This document shows, piece after piece, positions 56,352 to 60,007 of a stretch of DNA of 60,007 bases. Source of the DNA: Desulfurococcaceae archaeon (GTDB taxonomy: Archaea > Thermoproteota > Thermoprotei_A > Sulfolobales > NBVN01); contig JAJHQR010000002.1 of assembly GCA_020833255.1 (NCBI GenBank), positions 1 to 60,007 of the forward strand. The letters run 5' to 3'. Positions within the stretch are counted from its first letter, which is position 1; every line of letters starts with the position of its first letter. Made by a program: the position numbers and the translations under genes. Below the pieces are notes generated by a model. It was given only the letters and a program-made list of their open reading frames with translations, was not told where the DNA came from and did no database searches.

Positions 56352-59156
56352 TCAATCCCTCCAGTACTTCCTAGTCCTCACGTAATTCTTCTCGAGCTCG
56401 TAGAGCGATAAGTAGAATTCTTCCTCACTACCGGAACTTAAGGCTTTTACGGCATTATGAGGGCCCACACCCCTCGCGGCTAGAGCGATGATTGCTTTCT
56501 TACCGTAAGTTAACACGAGTCTCGCGGACGCTACTAACTCATCATACTTTCTTTTCTCCTCCTCACTAACCAGGAACTCATACCTAGCACCGTACTTGAT
56601 GACCCTCCTCACCAAATTGCTTAAGTCCTCGTTACCGAAGTAAACACCTACCACGGAATAACCACACCTACCGCAACTCACTCTCTCCGGTAAATTCTTA
56701 ATTACATCACGCCAGCTCTCACCGCAGTTGAGGCAGTAAAGCTTCACTTCCTTCTCTAACAACCTCTTCTTAAGCAACTCAACTACCACGTTCTTAGGGA
56801 GCTTCTCAACCTCAACCCTGCCATAACCACCGGCTACTTTAAGCCCCTCCAAAGCTATCGGGGATAACTCGTTGACTATCATAACCTTCTTAGTTAAGCG
56901 ACCTAGCTTAACGTCGCTGAAGAAACTCTTGAGAACGTCTAGGTCAACGTAACGTGTTAAGATCTCGTTAAGCACTTCTTTCTTAACAACATCGTGACTC
57001 ACGTACTTGCTAATAAGCGTCCTAACGACTTGGAGGGGGGCTTCCTCAGGCATGATACCAAGTCTTACGAGAACCCTCCTAGCCACGTACTCAGCCAGGC
57101 TCGACTTAAGCAACGACTCACTCAAGTATTCGAGTACTCTGTCATCAAGCAATAAGCTCTCCACGAGCGCCGCCACGCGAGACTCACTAACATCCTCCGG
57201 GAGTAATACGTAGACCCTGTAAGGATCGTGCTTTGTGACGGGTTTCACGCCAAGTAACTTACTTAGGTAATATGAGGTCACGTGAGCAAGACCTAAATTA
57301 CCTCTGCTACCCAGGCAGGAATGAATAACTACTAAGACATTATTGCCTCGACTAACCTCAACAAGAACATCCTTCTCGGTAGGTAGCGGGTAGCCCTTAC
57401 TCACGTGCTCCCTGAGCACCCTGCCCAGATAATCTAAAACACCGGCGTGTTCAGCAAACCTCAGGTAATTACTCACGTTACCTCCTGAAACCAGCATCCG
57501 CCTGAGAGCACAGACCTCCCTAGCTACCTTAAAATCTACTGGTATGTTCTCGCCGGACCAAGTAGGGATTAACGCACTCTCATCCCCGCTTAACTCCACT
57601 AATATCTTCTTAGCCTCCTCATCCACGCCGAGAATCCTCCAAACCCTACCCGATAAGACCACGTCAGCGTTTTCCTCTGCAGACAACATCACGAATTCCT
57701 CGTCTAACCTCCCTATATGACCGCCCGTCACCACGTCCACCACGTCGTATTGCGAAGACTCAACAATCATTGTTGTTTTCAAGTAGTAAATCCTGCCCTT
57801 ACTGGTCGCTACGTAGGAGCCTTCAGGCAACCTCCTCAAATACCTCAACTCAATTAGTAAGTCTATTACCTTCTGGAGGTCTTCCTCAGTTAATTCCGCG
57901 TAGGGGTAACTCTTCCTCAAAATCTTTAACGCCTCGCCCGTGGTGAAGCTCCCTTCAAGACCTAGACCTACCAGTAAGTGAGCTAAGACGTCGAGAGACT
58001 CTTTAAAAGTATTCGGTTTTTCTAAGTCGTAACTAGAAGTCCTCCTAGCGATAACTAAAGACTCCGCTACGTCATCTAAGTTCCCGCTAGCTACCACGTA
58101 CCCTACAGCCCTCAACCACGCCTTATGAGACGACCTACCGACCCTCTGAAGCAGCTTCACCGCCTGCCTAGGGGACGACACCTGAATAACTGCATCCACG
58201 TACCCCACGTCAATACCTAGTTCTAAGCTAGAGGTAGAAACCACCGCCTTCAGCAAGCCTTCCTTAAGCTTCCTCTCCACCTCCTCCCTAATCTTCTTTG
58301 AGAGAGACCCGTGATGCACCTCAACAGAGAGTCCACGCTTATTAAGCACGTTCCCGAGCCACTCAGCCTCATCCCTAGTATTAGTGAATATTATGACACT
58401 CCTAAACCTAGTTAGAAGCCGCGCGACCTCCTCGACTAAGGAGTTCCTAGACCCACCACTGGGAAGATCTTGCTGAGCTACAACCACCTTAATCTCTGAT
58501 TCCCTAGACATAGGTACCGAAACATCTACTACTAGCCTGCCCGGAGCTAAGATGTTCTTAACCTTATTTAAATCACCCACACTAGCTGAGAGAGCTACGC
58601 GTTGATACCTCCCTGCAATCCTCTCAAGCCTCTCTAAATCAACAAGTAGGTGAACCCCTCTCTTACTACTAATCAACTCGTGAAACTCGTCTATCACCAC
58701 CCACCTAACGTTCCTTAAATACTTCCTCAAACCCTCGTTAACTAAAACATAGGCCAGAGTCTCTGGAGTTGTTATCAGGATGTGAGGGGGTGAGACACTC
58801 ATTAACTTCCTAGCGGTACTCGGCGTGTCACCGTGTCTGACAGCTACTTTAAACCCTAGCATCCCGCTCAAATCACTCAACCTACGCAACATATCTCTGT
58901 TAAGAGCCCTTAGAGGAGTCACGTAAATGACCGCTATAGGCAAGACCTCACTCCTTCTCTCACACATCATGCTGAGTATCGGCAACATCGCGGCCTCAGT
59001 CTTACCGCTACCTGTCGGCGCCACTATCAGTACGTGCTGACCCGACAAAACCGCTGGAATAGCTTTTTCTTGAATAGGGGTTAGCCTCACTATACCTACT
59101 CTCCTAGCTATGTCAGCGACCTCAGCACTCAGCGACTTCATCGCACTTTCGGACAT
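56352..59156 (-). CDS. lhr: Lhr-family SF2 helicase
   Basis: APTGSGKT, PLRALNRD, TTPE, DEFH, HHGSLS, SSLELGID, QRVGRS, C-terminal zinc ribbon. Confidence 0.92.
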   Translation of the reverse strand: MSESAMKSLSAEVADIARRVGIVRLTPIQEKAIPAVLSGQHVLIVAPTGSGKTEAAMLPILSMMCERRSEVLPIAVIYVTPLRALNRDMLRRLSDLSGMLGFKVAVRHGDTPSTARKLMSVSPPHILITTPETLAYVLVNEGLRKYLRNVRWVVIDEFHELISSKRGVHLLVDLERLERIAGRYQRVALSASVGDLNKVKNILAPGRLVVDVSVPMSRESEIKVVVAQQDLPSGGSRNSLVEEVARLLTRFRSVIIFTNTRDEAEWLGNVLNKRGLSVEVHHGSLSKKIREEVERKLKEGLLKAVVSTSSLELGIDVGYVDAVIQVSSPRQAVKLLQRVGRSSHKAWLRAVGYVVASGNLDDVAESLVIARRTSSYDLEKPNTFKESLDVLAHLLVGLGLEGSFTTGEALKILRKSYPYAELTEEDLQKVIDLLIELRYLRRLPEGSYVATSKGRIYYLKTTMIVESSQYDVVDVVTGGHIGRLDEEFVMLSAEENADVVLSGRVWRILGVDEEAKKILVELSGDESALIPTWSGENIPVDFKVAREVCALRRMLVSGGNVSNYLRFAEHAGVLDYLGRVLREHVSKGYPLPTEKDVLVEVSRGNNVLVVIHSCLGSRGNLGLAHVTSYYLSKLLGVKPVTKHDPYRVYVLLPEDVSESRVAALVESLLLDDRVLEYLSESLLKSSLAEYVARRVLVRLGIMPEEAPLQVVRTLISKYVSHDVVKKEVLNEILTRYVDLDVLKSFFSDVKLGRLTKKVMIVNELSPIALEGLKVAGGYGRVEVEKLPKNVVVELLKKRLLEKEVKLYCLNCGESWRDVIKNLPERVSCGRCGYSVVGVYFGNEDLSNLVRRVIKYGARYEFLVSEEEKRKYDELVASARLVLTYGKKAIIALAARGVGPHNAVKALSSGSEEEFYLSLYELEKNYVRTRKYWRD

Positions 59157-59264
59157 CCTAGCTCACTAGTCCTAATATACATAAGGACTACTCCATAGAT
59201 AAGCAATAGAGACCTCGTATCAATCTTTATAAATATTCACAAGTAACTCTTCTAAGGTGTTAGA

Positions 59265-59618
59265 ATGTCAGAAGAGGGAAAAGAGAGGGAGGAGGAAGAG
59301 GAGACGGAGGAAGAGAGTTTCGAGAAAATACTGAGCTTAGAGACTGCTGCCGAGGAAGAAGTTAGTTTAAGCAGTGAGGAAGTAGAGGTGCCTAAAGTCT
59401 CGTTCAGCATAAGCTCTCTAGAGACTATGCTGAGCATCGAGGAATTACTTCTTGAAGCGCTTAAGAACCCGGATACTGTGAGCCAGGTAGTAGAGAATAT
59501 AAGGAAGTTGAGAGAGTCTTTCTCGTTAAGGCAGAAGAAAACAGTGCAGAAAGCGAAATCAGTTAAGAAACCTAAGAAAAAGAAAATGACTAAGGGCAAG
59601 AGTAAAAAGGTTGAGTAA
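59265..59618 (+). CDS. RNA polymerase subunit Rpo13-like protein
   Basis: Acidic N-terminus, short helical core (PKVSFSISSLETML..EELL), Lys-rich tail. Confidence 0.6.
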   Translation: MSEEGKEREEEEETEEESFEKILSLETAAEEEVSLSSEEVEVPKVSFSISSLETMLSIEELLLEALKNPDTVSQVVENIRKLRESFSLRQKKTVQKAKSVKKPKKKKMTKGKSKKVE

Positions 59619-59663
59619 CTCCTGCATTAGCTGAGTCTTCTAGTTGATGATCGCGGGTATTCA

Positions 59664-59987
59664 CTAACTCACCAACCTTAGTATGGATTCCTCGTTCACT
59701 CTCTTATCAAACACTATCGACACTATTTTCTGGTTCTTCTCCACTCTTAACCTGATCTTATCTATTATCACTCTCCCTAAGAGGAGGTCTCTCTCATTTT
59801 TACGCGGTGTTATGTATTCCTTAAACTTTTTTCTCAGCGTATCGTAGTAAGCATCGAAATTGTTTAAAATCCTTAAAGCGTCCTCTACGTCCTCAGTCAA
59901 GCCTAACTCCCTAACCACCCTCTCTAAGAAAGCGTAAACCTCTGCAAGAGTCCCCTCAACTACTAGATACCCTAACTCCCTAAACAC
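59664..59987 (-). CDS. Hypothetical protein
   Basis: 107-aa ORF with GGTG upstream; KKFKEYI.P.K.E.D motif; no function recognised. Confidence 0.65.
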   Translation of the reverse strand: MFRELGYLVVEGTLAEVYAFLERVVRELGLTEDVEDALRILNNFDAYYDTLRKKFKEYITPRKNERDLLLGRVIIDKIRLRVEKNQKIVSIVFDKRVNEESILRLVS

Positions 59988-60007
59988 CTTAATTACTAAC
60001 CCACACC

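Noticed and set aside
3224..59599. Many 60-140 aa ORFs antisense to or nested in recognised genes (e.g. 3224-3556, 9016-9444, 14559-14987, 26554-26928, 43748-44125, 59252-59599)
   Set aside because: Shadow ORFs: Ser/Leu/Thr-rich mirror translations of well-supported genes, with no motifs.
59610..59668. Possible C/D sRNA (CTGA..TTGATGA..CTAA)
   Set aside because: Internal boxes look plausible, but the terminal C and D boxes are non-consensus and overlap gene ends; unsupported.
1..60007. CRISPR array or cas genes
   Set aside because: No run of regularly spaced direct repeats was seen; the only RuvC protein is the TnpB and it has no adjacent array.

Overview
A 60 kb, gene-dense chromosomal segment from a crenarchaeote (Thermoproteota). 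Rpo8, an Rpo13-like subunit, DUF2258, EndA, Trm56 and a BHB tRNA intron point to this; a Desulfurococcales-like lineage is my inference. Most of the window is housekeeping: translation and tRNA modification, RNA polymerase subunits, PCNA, Lhr, rpl3-rpl4-rpl23-rpl2, a pxpABC plus transporter operon, an AOR locus and an oxidative-stress cluster. It also holds 2 tRNAs and 2 box C/D sRNAs that the ORF track does not show. The main discovery candidate is at 38.9-42.0 kb. A ~1.3 kb transposase-less element encodes a Zn-finger-less TnpB whose structured ~135-nt RNA scaffold appears to lie UPSTREAM and on the OPPOSITE strand. The two share one bidirectional TATA box, and the RNA would read out through the element end into flanking DNA (the putative guide). 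A ~295 bp internally deleted copy 1.4 kb away keeps the promoter, scaffold (with compensatory changes) and both ends, but has a different flank. Other items: three ~40-nt IS200/IS605-end-like mini-elements, genes that need non-canonical (CTG) starts, a Dnmt2-like orphan C5 methyltransferase among tRNA-modification genes, and candidate operators. All calls come from reading the sequence and from family knowledge; no searches were run.
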